Assembly (NCBI GenBank): GCA_963718915.1
Contig: CAVRAI010000009.1
Span: 1-32,000, forward strand
Length of the DNA stretch: 32,000 nucleotides
Reading direction: 5' to 3'
Source: an uncultured Chloroflexia bacterium
Lineage (GTDB): Bacteria; Chloroflexota; Ktedonobacteria; Ktedonobacterales; JADMIN01
How positions within the stretch are numbered: position 1 is the first letter of the stretch; each line of letters opens with the position of its first letter. Below the pieces are notes generated by a model. It did no database searches. It was not told the origin of the DNA and saw only the letters and a program-made list of their open reading frames with translations. Positions 1-13,250 of the stretch are shown here, piece by piece. The position numbers and the translations under genes were made by a program.

Positions 1-102
1 CATACAACGACCCAGCCAGACTTGGTATGACTCGTTGGCAGCGGACATGTCTATCTGAAGCGTCTGGCAAGAAGCCCTGCGGGAGAAGCGCGGAAAATAA
101 TG

Positions 103-140
103 CCCCCTCTCCCGCGAGGAGAGGGGGCACGGGGTGAGGT
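103..140 (-). terminator. REP-type GC hairpin just downstream of the acnA stop; probable intrinsic terminator
   Basis: There is a perfect 10-bp stem, CCCCCTCTCC (103-112) pairing with GGAGAGGGGG (118-127), with a 5-nt loop. It is followed by GGGGTGAGGT (131-140). On the minus strand the stem is followed by CATTATTTTCC. The acnA stop codon is at 146-148. The same repeat unit recurs at 10204-10458. Confidence 0.5.
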
Positions 141-145
141 TCAGA

Positions 146-4510
<4,365 letters not shown>

Positions 4511-4730
4511 GACAATCACTCCTGAGGCGCGAGGATGGCGACGGGAGGAAAACTGCCGGGATCATCCTCATTGATGATGTGTGTCTCCAACGGTTTGGTA
4601 TCTCTACCCAGTATAGTGCAAAGGCGCGGGCCAATGCTTTTCCACTGGTGAGGGGAATCTCTAGCCATTGTAGCAGGCGGCTCATCCGATGGGACGATGT
4701 ATCGTATTGGATTTGGCGATATGACGCGCG

Positions 4731-5465
4731 CTACGAGAGGATGAGCCGCGAACGCTGGAAGCGGGCAATGACTCCCATGACGACGATGAGATCGATGATA
4801 GCCAGCGCGGCGGCGATGACCCCGACGGTCGTCCCGTTGGCTGTAGCGAGCCAGTTGTTGAACTGCTGGCGCGCTGTATCGGAGATCGTGCCGTAGATCA
4901 AGATTGGCAGCAAGAAAACGACGACCATGGCGACCCCCATCGTCAGCTGCGCCTGGCGTACGGAGGAGGCGCGCAGGGAGATGAGCACGCCGAAGCCAGC
5001 ATAGAGAAGCGAGACCAGCAGGGCAAATGCCACGATGGAGCCGAAGGCGCCGATGGAATAGAACTGGAAGCTCCCGCCACCACTCAGATTGGCGGCAACC
5101 ATGCCGACCAGGGCAGCGATGACCGAGAGCGCCAGGCTGTACGCGATGGCGGCGGCAAGTTTGCCGAGAATGATGGCGCGGTCAGAGAGACGGCTGGCGA
5201 GGAGGGTCTCCAGGGTGTGGCGCTCGCGCTCGCCCGCGATGGCGTCGGCGATGATGTTGGTCATTAGTTGAACAGGGAGGACAATGGCGTAGAGGACAAC
5301 GATCCACGGCGAGATGAGCAAGACTGGCCCCGCCCGGTAGGGGAGGTAGAAGCCGAAGATCGCCACGATGATGAGCAAGAAGATCAGGCCCGTGCGGCGG
5401 CTGCCGCCAGAGACGAAGAATTCACGCCACTCTTTGGTCATGATGGTGGTGATATCGCCGATCAT
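4731..5465 (-). CDS. ABC-2 type transporter permease (multi-pass membrane protein)
   Basis: The 244-aa product is strongly hydrophobic with about 6 predicted TM segments. Its start overlaps the stop of the upstream ATPase gene (ATGA at 5462-5465), which suggests translational coupling. Confidence 0.75.
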   Translation of the reverse strand: MIGDITTIMTKEWREFFVSGGSRRTGLIFLLIIVAIFGFYLPYRAGPVLLISPWIVVLYAIVLPVQLMTNIIADAIAGERERHTLETLLASRLSDRAIILGKLAAAIAYSLALSVIAALVGMVAANLSGGGSFQFYSIGAFGSIVAFALLVSLLYAGFGVLISLRASSVRQAQLTMGVAMVVVFLLPILIYGTISDTARQQFNNWLATANGTTVGVIAAALAIIDLIVVMGVIARFQRSRLILS

Positions 5466-6400
5466 CGCGCTTCCTCCTCCTGCATCAGGCTCAAAAACAC
5501 ATCTTCGAGACTGGCCTGGCCGCGACGCACTTCCTCGATCTGGACGCCCGCGCCGACGAGTGCGGCGACAATGGGGGCAGCCTTGGCCGAGCCGCGCAGT
5601 GCGACGATGAGATGGCCGTTCTGGATCGTGGCGCTCTCGATATCGGGGCGGGCCTGAAGCATGGACATCACCTCGGGCGTGAAGCCGTCGCCGACGATCT
5701 CAGCCTCGGGGCGGCCAGTCTGCTGGCGGAGCATATCGGGGCTGCCGACGGCGACGAGCCTGCCCTCGCGGATGACGCCGACCTGCTGGCAGAGCCGCTC
5801 CGCCTCGGGGAGATTGTGGGAATTGAGGAAGACGGTGGTCCCTTCACGCTGGACGAGCGCCTCCAGGTCGTCGCGCAGGGCGGCGGCGGCGACGGGATCA
5901 AGCCCGGCGGTCGGCTCATCCAGGAAGATCAGGTCGGGCCGGTGCAGCAGGACGCGGGCGATGGCCAGCTTTTGCTTCATGCCGCGGCTCCAGGCGCTGA
6001 CACGCTCCCGGCGGCGGTCGTAGAGGGCAAGGTGGGTGAGCAGTTCTTTGATGCGCGCCTGGCGCTCCCCGGGCGGCAAATGCCAGACGCGACCATAGAA
6101 TTCCAGGTTATCTTCGGCGGTGAGGCGCTCGTAGAGTCCCGAGAACTCGAGCAGAGCGCCGGAGCGCGTGCGGATCTGCTCGCTCTGGGTGCGCGGGTCA
6201 AGCCCAAGCACGCGCGCCTGACCAGACGTGGCTTCGAGCAGGCCGAGCAGCAGGTGGATAGTGGTCGTCTTGCCCGCGCCATTCGGACCAAGAAAGCCGA
6301 AGATGATGCCTGGTGGAACGCTGAGGGTGAGGTGATCCACCGCGCGGACGCTGCCAAAGTCGCGCGTCAGGTCGGTGGTCTGGATCGCCGCGTCGGTCAT
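5462..6400 (-). CDS. ABC transporter ATP-binding protein
   Basis: The product has Walker A (GPNGAGKTT), the ABC signature (WSRGMKQKLAIARVL), Walker B (LIFLDEPTAGLD) and an H-loop (SHNL). I chose the start at MTDAAIQ (ATG 6400-6398) because GGGAGG lies just upstream. The longer ORF-track N-terminus (to 6508) has no support. Confidence 0.85.
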   Translation of the reverse strand: MTDAAIQTTDLTRDFGSVRAVDHLTLSVPPGIIFGFLGPNGAGKTTTIHLLLGLLEATSGQARVLGLDPRTQSEQIRTRSGALLEFSGLYERLTAEDNLEFYGRVWHLPPGERQARIKELLTHLALYDRRRERVSAWSRGMKQKLAIARVLLHRPDLIFLDEPTAGLDPVAAAALRDDLEALVQREGTTVFLNSHNLPEAERLCQQVGVIREGRLVAVGSPDMLRQQTGRPEAEIVGDGFTPEVMSMLQARPDIESATIQNGHLIVALRGSAKAAPIVAALVGAGVQIEEVRRGQASLEDVFLSLMQEEEAR

Positions 6401-6545
6401 GGATGCCTCCCATGTCGCTTGTAGCGGGATGCCGATATGGGGCGTGATTGGCCCCACAGCCAGATAGTAGCATGACAGCGGCAATTTGACACGAAGCGGC
6501 TCTACCAATTCATCGGCGATGCCTGGCTTGCTTCTGGCTACTCTA

Positions 6546-7926
6546 CTACTCTACTGTCACCTCAAGCGTCCGCGTCGTCTCGTGGGCCGCGAAGTCAACG
6601 ACGTGGATCGCGATAGTGTAGCAACCTGGATCGGCATACGTATAGGAGAGCGCGGTGGGTAGCTCGCGGGCGCCTGTACGGACACGAGCGCCATGCGCGC
6701 GGTGGCGGAAAGTCGCGCCATCGGAGGCCCAGTCAACACTCCAGCTATCGAGAGCGCGTAGGCCGTGTGTCGGGTCGTCAGTCGCCGATGCGGCGTCTGC
6801 CGCAAGCATGCTGCCGGATGGAGGGATGTAGCCAGTCAGCCGCGCAGTGACGGCGCGCCCCGACCGCTCGACCGCGAACGTGAGATCAGCCGCGCTGGCG
6901 ACCGTCCGCATAGCGCCCGCAATGTCGGGACGTTGCACGACGAACGGATGCGGCGCGGCTAGGGCGAGCAGCCGCTTGCGGGTGGTCTGGGTGGCGAGCG
7001 GGCTGGCGTCGGCGGCAATCCAACGACGGCCCAGACTCTCGGCGGCGAGGGCGGTGGCGCCGCTGCCACAGCAGCAATCGAGGATGAGGTCGCGGGGATC
7101 GCTGGCGAGTGTGAGCAACAGTCGGAGCAGGCCCAGCGGCTTCTGCGTGGGATAATCGAGCCGCTCGCGTGAGAGATTGAGAACGGGCCGCACATTGTAG
7201 CGCACCAGCGTCTCGTCCGCGCCGACACAGATAATCTCGCCTTCTAGTGTGTCGCGCAGCAGCGTATCGACGTAGTGGCGACCGCGTGTGTCACAGGCCG
7301 ACCCCATGAACGGCTTGCGCAGATATTGGCGCTCGATCTGTGGTCGTATCCGAAAGCGCGGCGATCTGGCATAGAGCAGGATAGTGTCGTGTTTGCGCGC
7401 GAGTGACTCGCGACGGGATGCGCCACCGCTACGGTACGACCAGATGATGGCGTTGCGAAAGTTCTCCGCGCCGAAGATGTCATCCAGCAGCAGCCGCAGC
7501 ATCCCCTCGGCCCGCCAGTCGCAGTGTAGCAGCAACGCGCCATCGTCGGCCAACAGCTCGCGCAGCATCCACAGCGTCTCGTCCATCCAGCGCAGGTAGC
7601 CGTCGAGGCTCTCCCATGTGTCGCGATAGGCGGTGCGCCGGATATGCCGCTCTGAGCCGGGAAGCGTTATCGTGCTGGTGAAGTCGAGTCCGGTGGCGAA
7701 GGGCGGATCGATATAGACAAGGTTGACCTGCCCGAGCAAGCTCGGCCAGCAGCGCCGGGAGCGTCTGCTGCGTCTCGCCCGCGATCAGGCGGTTGGCTGG
7801 AGCCGGAGAAGCATCATCAGATGATATGCCACCCGCCTCGACTGTCCGCGGCGCGGCGACCGGTAGGCGCGGTCGGTGACGCGAGCCATCCGCGTCATAT
7901 TTGCCACTCCAGACCAACTCAGGCAT
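6546..7926 (-). pseudogene. Beta-class N6A/N4C DNA methyltransferase with a +1 frameshift near 7737-7746 and a C-terminal PKD-like beta-sandwich tail; no restriction partner is visible
   Basis: The N-terminal part lies in the frame of ORF 7480..7926 (MPELVWSGKYD...NRLIAGETQQTLPALLAEL). The rest lies in the frame of ORF 6546..7739 (LGQVNLVYIDPPFATG = motif IV; LDCCCGSGATALAAE = motif I). The two join only if one nucleotide is skipped in GCCGAGCTTGCTCGGG. The tail reads WSVDWASDG...YTYADPGCYTIAIHVVD. Confidence 0.75.
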
Positions 7927-8167
7927 CGATTGCTACTCCCCTCGCATGCTACAGCCGCCGTGCCTAGCATAACACACGGCTGCGGCCCCCTTGAAATGAA
8001 ACGAGCGTGCCCGATCACGCTCGTTGCCGGAAACGGGCTGTGACGGCGGAAGAGTAACAGCATGCGCTGAATCGCGTGTGGATAGCTTGACACATGCGAC
8101 CAAACGTTCTACCATTGCGACCGATGCAAGGCAATCATCCGCACGTAGGTAACGGAGGAGCGAAACG

Positions 8168-8665
8168 ATGGACGTGGCACAGGAGATGGTCGATGCCGCG
8201 ACGGTAGGCGACGAGATGCGGCTACGCGAGATGCTGGAAGAAGACGCCGCGCTGGCGAACGTCTACAGCGCCGATGGGTGGACGCCGCTGCATCTGGCGG
8301 CGCACTTCGGCCACACCAACGCCGCGCGCTGGCTGCTGGACGCGGGCGCGGATGTCCAGGCGCGCTCGCGCAACGATCTGGCGAATCAGCCGCTGCACGC
8401 CGCCACCGCCGGACCGGCGCCCGTGGAGTTGCTGACGTTGCTGCTGGACACGGGCGCGGAGGTCAATGCACGGCAGCGTGGCGGCTTCACGCCACTCCAG
8501 GCGACGGCGCAGAATGGCAACCTCGCGGCGACACAACTGCTGCTGGCGCGTGGCGCCGATGCCCAGGCGCGAACCGATGACGGTCAGACGGCGCTCTCCT
8601 TCGCGCTGGAGGGCGGACACGAGGCTATCGCCCGTCTGCTCCGCGAACAGGGCGCCATCGCATAG
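8168..8665 (+). CDS. Ankyrin-repeat protein (about 4 ANK repeats)
   Basis: Repeated ANK consensus is visible: DGWTPLHLAAHFGHTNAARWLLDAGADV, NQPLHAA..., GGFTPLQATAQNGNLAATQLLLARGADA, DGQTALSFALEGGHEAIARLL. GGAGGAG lies 7 nt upstream of the ATG. Confidence 0.85.
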   Translation: MDVAQEMVDAATVGDEMRLREMLEEDAALANVYSADGWTPLHLAAHFGHTNAARWLLDAGADVQARSRNDLANQPLHAATAGPAPVELLTLLLDTGAEVNARQRGGFTPLQATAQNGNLAATQLLLARGADAQARTDDGQTALSFALEGGHEAIARLLREQGAIA

Positions 8666-8792
8666 ATTCGCTGCCTCGAATCCTCGCCACGCTGCTATAC
8701 CGCTGCTATACTTGAGAAAGATAGATGACAGCGGTCGTGTTGGCGTCTCCGGGACATCACCCGGGGCGACATTGGGCGAGGTGAGGCAGCAG

Positions 8793-10196
8793 ATGGCGAA
8801 GAAGCACGAGAAGCACGACAAGAGCGACGATCACGACAAAGACGGCCACAACCACGCGGCGACAAACGGGCATATGGATGAAATCGAGTACGCCCCACTG
8901 GCGCAGCCTGCGAGCGCGTGGGGACAGACCCTGGCGATCACCGGCGTCCGGCTGATCGATGGGTCGGGCGCTGATCCAATTGAGCGGGCAACGGTAGTGA
9001 TCGATGGTGAGCGGATCGACACCGTCGGCGCGGCGAATAAGGTGAAGATTCCCAAAGACGCGACGGTGATCGAGGCCGAAGGAATGACCCTGCTGCCCGG
9101 CCTGATAGACTGCCACGTGCATTTCTTCGGCCAGTGGGGCTACGACCTATTGCGCGGCCTGATGACCCCGCCCTCACTCTCACTCCTCTACGCCGTGCCG
9201 AATGCGCGGGCGACGGTGGAGGCGGGCATCACGACAGTGCGCGACGCCGGGGGCGCTCCCGCAGGCGTGAAGATGGCCATCGAGCGGGGACTCTTCCCTG
9301 GGCCACGCATGCTCGTCTCCGTCTCATTCCTCTCGCAGACCGGCGGCCACGGCGATAACATGATGCCCTGCTGCATCGATCTCGGCGATAACAAACTCCC
9401 CGATGTGCCGGTTGGTGTGGTGGATGGCGAGGAGGCGATGCGCCACAAGGTGCGCGAGATTCTGCGCGCGGGCGCCGACTGGATCAAGCTCTGCACCAGC
9501 GGCGGCGTGCTCTCCTCAGCGGACTCGCCAAGGCACGCGCAGTTTACGGTGGCGGAAATCGCGACGGCGGTCTATGAGGCGGGCGCGCAGGGCAAACGCT
9601 GCCTGGCGCATGCGCAGAGCAACCAGGGCATCAAGAACGCCATCGAGGCGGGCGTCGCCAGCATAGAACACGGCATTTTCCTGGACGACGAGGCTATCGA
9701 GATGATGCTCAAGCGCGGCGTCTATCTGGTGCCGACGCTGGTCGCGCCAGCGGATGTGCTCGATCTGGCGGCGGCGCGTCCAGGCCTGCTGCCCGACTAC
9801 GCAGTGAATAAGTCACGCGAGGTGATGAGCGCGCACCGTGCGAGTTTCCGCCGCGCGGTGGAGGCGGGCGTGAAGGTGGCGATGGGCACCGATACCGGCG
9901 TCGGGCCGCATGGTGGCAACGCGCGCGAACTGGGACTGATGGTGGCCAATGGCATGACGCCGATGCAGGCTATCGTTGCCAGCACTCGCACGGCGGCGGA
10001 ACTGCTGCGGCTGGATGACCAGCTCGGAACCGTCGCCACGGGCAAGCTGGCCGATCTGCTGCTGGTCGAGGGCAATCCCCTGGAAGAGATAGGCGTTGTG
10101 GCCGATGCGGAGCGGCTGGGGCTGGTGCTCAAGGGTGGCGTGCCGGTGCGCTCGCGGATGGCGCCCACATTCTCGCGCGTCGCCGTCGGCGTCTGA
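8793..10196 (+). CDS. Metal-dependent amidohydrolase (COG1228-like, imidazolonepropionase/Xaa-Pro dipeptidase family) with a His/Asp/Lys-rich N-terminal tail
   Basis: Amidohydrolase motifs are present: LPGLIDCHVHF (HxH), KLCTSGGV, AHAQS, IEHG, GTDTG. I chose the start at MAKKHEKHDK (ATG 8793) because GAGGTGAGG lies upstream. The ORF-track start at 8466 overlaps the ankyrin gene. Confidence 0.85.
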   Translation: MAKKHEKHDKSDDHDKDGHNHAATNGHMDEIEYAPLAQPASAWGQTLAITGVRLIDGSGADPIERATVVIDGERIDTVGAANKVKIPKDATVIEAEGMTLLPGLIDCHVHFFGQWGYDLLRGLMTPPSLSLLYAVPNARATVEAGITTVRDAGGAPAGVKMAIERGLFPGPRMLVSVSFLSQTGGHGDNMMPCCIDLGDNKLPDVPVGVVDGEEAMRHKVREILRAGADWIKLCTSGGVLSSADSPRHAQFTVAEIATAVYEAGAQGKRCLAHAQSNQGIKNAIEAGVASIEHGIFLDDEAIEMMLKRGVYLVPTLVAPADVLDLAAARPGLLPDYAVNKSREVMSAHRASFRRAVEAGVKVAMGTDTGVGPHGGNARELGLMVANGMTPMQAIVASTRTAAELLRLDDQLGTVATGKLADLLLVEGNPLEEIGVVADAERLGLVLKGGVPVRSRMAPTFSRVAVGV

Positions 10197-10203
10197 CCTC
10201 AGC

Positions 10204-10458
10204 GGACCTCACCCCTATCCCCTCTCCTTGCGGGAGAGGGGAGCGCGTATGTCGCCACCTGGCGGGATGGTCGCCTATGCCCTCCTCTTCTAGGGGAGGG
10301 TGGCCAAAGGCCGGGTGGGGTTCTTCCCTGGCGACGGACCTCACCCCCAGCCCCTCTCCTACGAGGAGAGGGGAGCCAGAAGCCAGGATCCAGCTGCACG
10401 CCTGAGTCTGGCCTCTGGTACCCCTCTCCTTGCGAGAGAGTGGTCAGGGGTGAGGTCT
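10204..10458. repeat. Cluster of REP-like palindromic units between convergent genes
   Basis: Unit 1 is GGACCTCACCCC plus the hairpin CCCCTCTCC/GGAGAGGGG (10204-10241). Unit 2 is the same motif at 10337-10373. A degenerate hairpin, CCCTCC...GGAGGG, lies at 10280-10300. An inverted, partly decayed unit, CCCCTCTCC..AGAGAG..GGGGTGAGGTC, lies at 10421-10458. A fifth copy lies at 103-140. Confidence 0.75.
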
Positions 10459-10462
10459 CTCC

Positions 10463-11554
10463 TTACTCCCACTTGAAGAGGCGAATCGCCAGCAGCGAGC
10501 AGACGAGCGTCCACGCGGCCAGCACCGCCATGTCGAGCCAGATCGGGAATGCTGGCGTGCCACCCGTCACCACCTGCCGCAGGGCGTCGCCCAGGTAGGT
10601 GAGCGGCAGCGCCCGCACGATGGGCGTCAGGAAGATAGGCAGCGCCGCCAGCGGGAAGAAGATGCCCGACAGGAACATCATCGGGAAGTTGACCGCCGAG
10701 GTGATACCATTGGCCGCGTCAACCGTCTTCGAGATGGCGGCGACCAGATAGCCCATGCTGACGAAGGCGACCGCGCCCAGCACCACGAGCGCCAGCACCG
10801 CCAAAATGCTCCCCTGGATCTCTACCTTGAAGACCCAGACGCTCAACGCCAGGATGAGTACGGTCTGCACGAGCGCAATCGTCAGCCGCATCAACACCTG
10901 GCTGGCCAGCAAATGCCAGCGCGGCAGCGGGGTCGCGCCCAGGCGGCGGAGCACCTGCTCCTGGCGCAGCGTCACCAGCGGGGTCGCCGTGCCGAAGAGG
11001 CCAAGCTGCATCAGCGCCATCGCCAGAATGCCCGGCACCAGGAAGTCCACATAGCTGAACTGGTGCGTCAGGATCGAATTGGTCTCCAGCGCTAGCGGGG
11101 TCACTGTACCGGGCAGATTCTTGCTGAAGATTTGCATCACTGCCTGGACAATGCTCTGCTTGATCTGGGAGTCGGATTGCCCCTTGCTCGGGTCGTCATA
11201 CATCTGCACGGTGGCTGTCTGTTTCTGCGCGATCTTCTGGCTCGTGTCCGCCGGAATGACAATGACCATGTCAATCTGGCCCTGCTTGAGCTTATTCAGC
11301 TCGGTGTCGAGGCTGCCCGTCTCGAACTTGAACGAGGTCGCATATTTCTTGAATGTCGACGCCAGCGCCGTGCCATATGCGCCATTGTCCTGGTTGATTA
11401 GCCCAACCGTGTAGTTCGGCGCGCTATTGCCACTGAAGATGACACCGAAGAGCACGATGAAGATCAGCGGGAATGCCAGCGTCCAGATGATAGCGGCGCG
11501 ATCCCGTATGAACTCCTTGATGCTCGCTACGTAGAGACTGCGTATCGTATTCAT
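10463..11554 (-). CDS. ABC-2 type transporter permease with a large N-terminal extracytoplasmic loop
   Basis: The 363-aa product has one N-terminal TM segment, a soluble loop of about 140 aa, then about 5 TM segments, which is the ABC2_membrane architecture. It lies directly downstream of an ABC ATPase gene. Confidence 0.8.
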   Translation of the reverse strand: MNTIRSLYVASIKEFIRDRAAIIWTLAFPLIFIVLFGVIFSGNSAPNYTVGLINQDNGAYGTALASTFKKYATSFKFETGSLDTELNKLKQGQIDMVIVIPADTSQKIAQKQTATVQMYDDPSKGQSDSQIKQSIVQAVMQIFSKNLPGTVTPLALETNSILTHQFSYVDFLVPGILAMALMQLGLFGTATPLVTLRQEQVLRRLGATPLPRWHLLASQVLMRLTIALVQTVLILALSVWVFKVEIQGSILAVLALVVLGAVAFVSMGYLVAAISKTVDAANGITSAVNFPMMFLSGIFFPLAALPIFLTPIVRALPLTYLGDALRQVVTGGTPAFPIWLDMAVLAAWTLVCSLLAIRLFKWE

Positions 11555-11585
11555 TGCCTAACTATCTCCTCGGAAGAGGGCGCGT

Positions 11586-12518
11586 TCAGTCGCGCAGCGC
11601 CCGTCCGGTCAGTTTCAGGAAGACATCTTCGAGCGTGGCGTTATGCACGTTGAGGTCGTGCAACGCTGTGCCAACACCACCGCCGCTCTGCTGGCTCAAC
11701 AGTCCGGCCATCGTATGCGGCACATCGTTGGAATAGAGCGTCACGCGCCCATCCTCCGTCGAGACATGCGTCACGCCTTCCAGCGTGCGATAGGCGTCCC
11801 CACCCGCCGGATCGTGGAACGAGATGGCGATCTCGTTGAAGTAGCGGTGTACCAGCTCCTCAGGGCTGCCCATCTCGATGATGCGCCCGTGATCGATAAT
11901 GGCCACGCGGTCGCAGAGTTCCTCAGCCTCTTCGAGATAGTGCGTCGTCAGCAGGATGGTCTTGCCCCGGCGTTGCAGGTCGCGGATGACATCCCACAAT
12001 TGGCGGCGCGCCTGCGGGTCCATGCCGGTTGTTGGCTCATCCAGAAAGACGAGGTCGGCGTCGTTAACCAGCGCCAGCGCGACACTCAACCGCTGCCGTT
12101 GGCCGCCGGAGAGGTTTTTGCTGCGGGTGGTGCGCTTCTCGCCCAGATCCACCATCTCGATGAGTTGGTCGGTCGGGATGGTCTTGCGGCCCGGATAGAA
12201 CGTATGGAAAAGGTCGAGAATCTCGGTGACGGTCAGGCGCGGATAGAGCGCGGTCGTCTGTAGCTGGATGCCGATGCGCATTTTGATGGCGCGGGCGTCG
12301 CGTGGCTGGCGCAGGCCCAGCACGGTGATCGTGCCGCTATCGGCGGTGCGCAGCCCCTCGATCATCTCGATGGTGGTGGACTTGCCCGCGCCGTTGGGGC
12401 CAAGCATGCCGAAGATTTCGCCTTCCGCAACCTTGAGGCTGATACCGTCCACCGCCTTGGTCTGGCCGTACGTCTTGCGCAGTTCCTCGGCGACAATCGC
12501 CCAGGACTCGTTACTCAT
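11586..12518 (-). CDS. ABC transporter ATP-binding protein (DrrA/ABC-2 exporter type)
   Basis: The product has Walker A (GPNGAGKST), the signature LSGGQRQRLSVALAL, Walker B (LVFLDEPTTGMD) and an H-loop (THYLEE). Confidence 0.9.
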   Translation of the reverse strand: MSNESWAIVAEELRKTYGQTKAVDGISLKVAEGEIFGMLGPNGAGKSTTIEMIEGLRTADSGTITVLGLRQPRDARAIKMRIGIQLQTTALYPRLTVTEILDLFHTFYPGRKTIPTDQLIEMVDLGEKRTTRSKNLSGGQRQRLSVALALVNDADLVFLDEPTTGMDPQARRQLWDVIRDLQRRGKTILLTTHYLEEAEELCDRVAIIDHGRIIEMGSPEELVHRYFNEIAISFHDPAGGDAYRTLEGVTHVSTEDGRVTLYSNDVPHTMAGLLSQQSGGGVGTALHDLNVHNATLEDVFLKLTGRALRD

Positions 12519-13023
12519 ATCTGCTTCACCCTTTCTCCGGCGCGGAGGCCCCTACCTTCAGATAGGGGGTAAGCGCCGCTCTCCCGCTTGGTGTGCTATA
12601 CTGCCTGTGTGCTTAGGCACTCCGCTTTGGCGGAGCGAACGGTTTGCACATCGCACCTCCCCAATTGAACATTCGCGGGTTCCCGGCAGGAATCGTTGCC
12701 GGGGTAAAATGTTTGACGTACGGCCTCCGATGAGGCACACGCGGCAGGGCTTCGGTTCTGCCGGGCCGCCGTCAATCGGCCACACGCGGCGGCTTTGTCG
12801 TTCCGGGCTAGCTGCAAACCCCTGGGTTTATTCATGGGGTAGTTGACTCCTTCATTCCCGATGGAAGCGGCTTCGCCAGTGCGCCGCCTCGCGACTACTT
12901 ACCGCAAGATAGTCCCCAGGCCGCGCACTGGCCGCCACGTAGTATCGTCGCCTATAGGCCAGGGGACATACAAGTGCCATTCGTCACCTATCGCACTATG
13001 ACGAACGTCGGGTAAACTGCTCG

Positions 13024-13233
13024 CTACCCGTGATGATCTTCCTCGTCTGGCTGAAAGATGGCCTCGATGGGCATGCCAAACAGTCGCGCAATCTTGAATG
13101 CCAGCGGCAGGCTGGGATCATACTTGCCTGTTTCCAGCGCGTTGACGGTCTGGCGCGAGACCTCCAGATGGTCGGCGAGGTCGGCCTGCGACCAGTCCCG
13201 TTCCGCACGTAGCAGCCGTAGCGAATTCTTCAT
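13024..13233 (-). CDS. Small XRE-family HTH transcriptional regulator (about 69 aa)
   Basis: MKNSLRLLRAERDWSQADLADHLEVSRQTVNALETGKYDPSLPLAFKIARLFGMPIEAIF is a textbook short Cro/C1-type HTH. I chose the ATG at 13233 because GGGAG lies 6 nt upstream. The ORF-track start at 13302 would overlap the upstream gene. Confidence 0.85.
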   Translation of the reverse strand: MKNSLRLLRAERDWSQADLADHLEVSRQTVNALETGKYDPSLPLAFKIARLFGMPIEAIFQPDEEDHHG

Positions 13234-13250
13234 GGGTGGCTCCCAAAACG

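Noticed and set aside
1-48. There is a possible 5' end of a minus-strand gene (ATG at 48-46, MSAANESYQVWLGRC...) running off the left edge.
   Set aside because: Only 16 codons are visible, there is no SD, and the REP hairpin and acnA end lie immediately upstream. The evidence is insufficient to call a feature.
5612-6424. A 270-aa plus-strand ORF lies antisense to the ABC ATPase gene. Comparable antisense ORFs are 11643..12263+, 12268..12846+, 13917..14510-, 20927..21532+, 21788..22405+, 22972..23661+, 27549..28205+, 27817..28458+ and 30878..31672+.
   Set aside because: Each is antisense to a gene with clear family motifs. None has an SD, and their composition is dominated by R/A/G/P, as expected for the reverse frame of GC-rich genes.
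8466-8792. The ORF track extends the amidohydrolase N-terminus by 109 aa, overlapping the ankyrin gene. Similar long N-terminal extensions occur at 6401-6508, 13234-13302, 13696-13878, 22232-22336 and 27156-27275.
   Set aside because: The extensions are Arg/Pro/Ser-rich, overlap neighbouring genes or repeat arrays, and lack an SD. In each case an internal ATG with a good SD coincides with the start of the recognisable domain.
12519-13023. I considered whether this gap could be RNase P RNA, tmRNA, SRP RNA or a known riboswitch.
   Set aside because: None of the diagnostic cores is present on either strand. I looked for GAGGAAAGUCCGGGC and ACAGAACCCGGCUUA (RNase P), GGAAGGAAGCAGC (SRP), a tRNA-like 3' end with GGUUCGAnUCC...CCA (tmRNA), CUAGGGUUCCG with GGUCCGAGAG (ykkC), and the B12 box. 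Partial resemblances such as GCGGGTTCCCGGC and AACGACAAAGCC are isolated and in inconsistent contexts.
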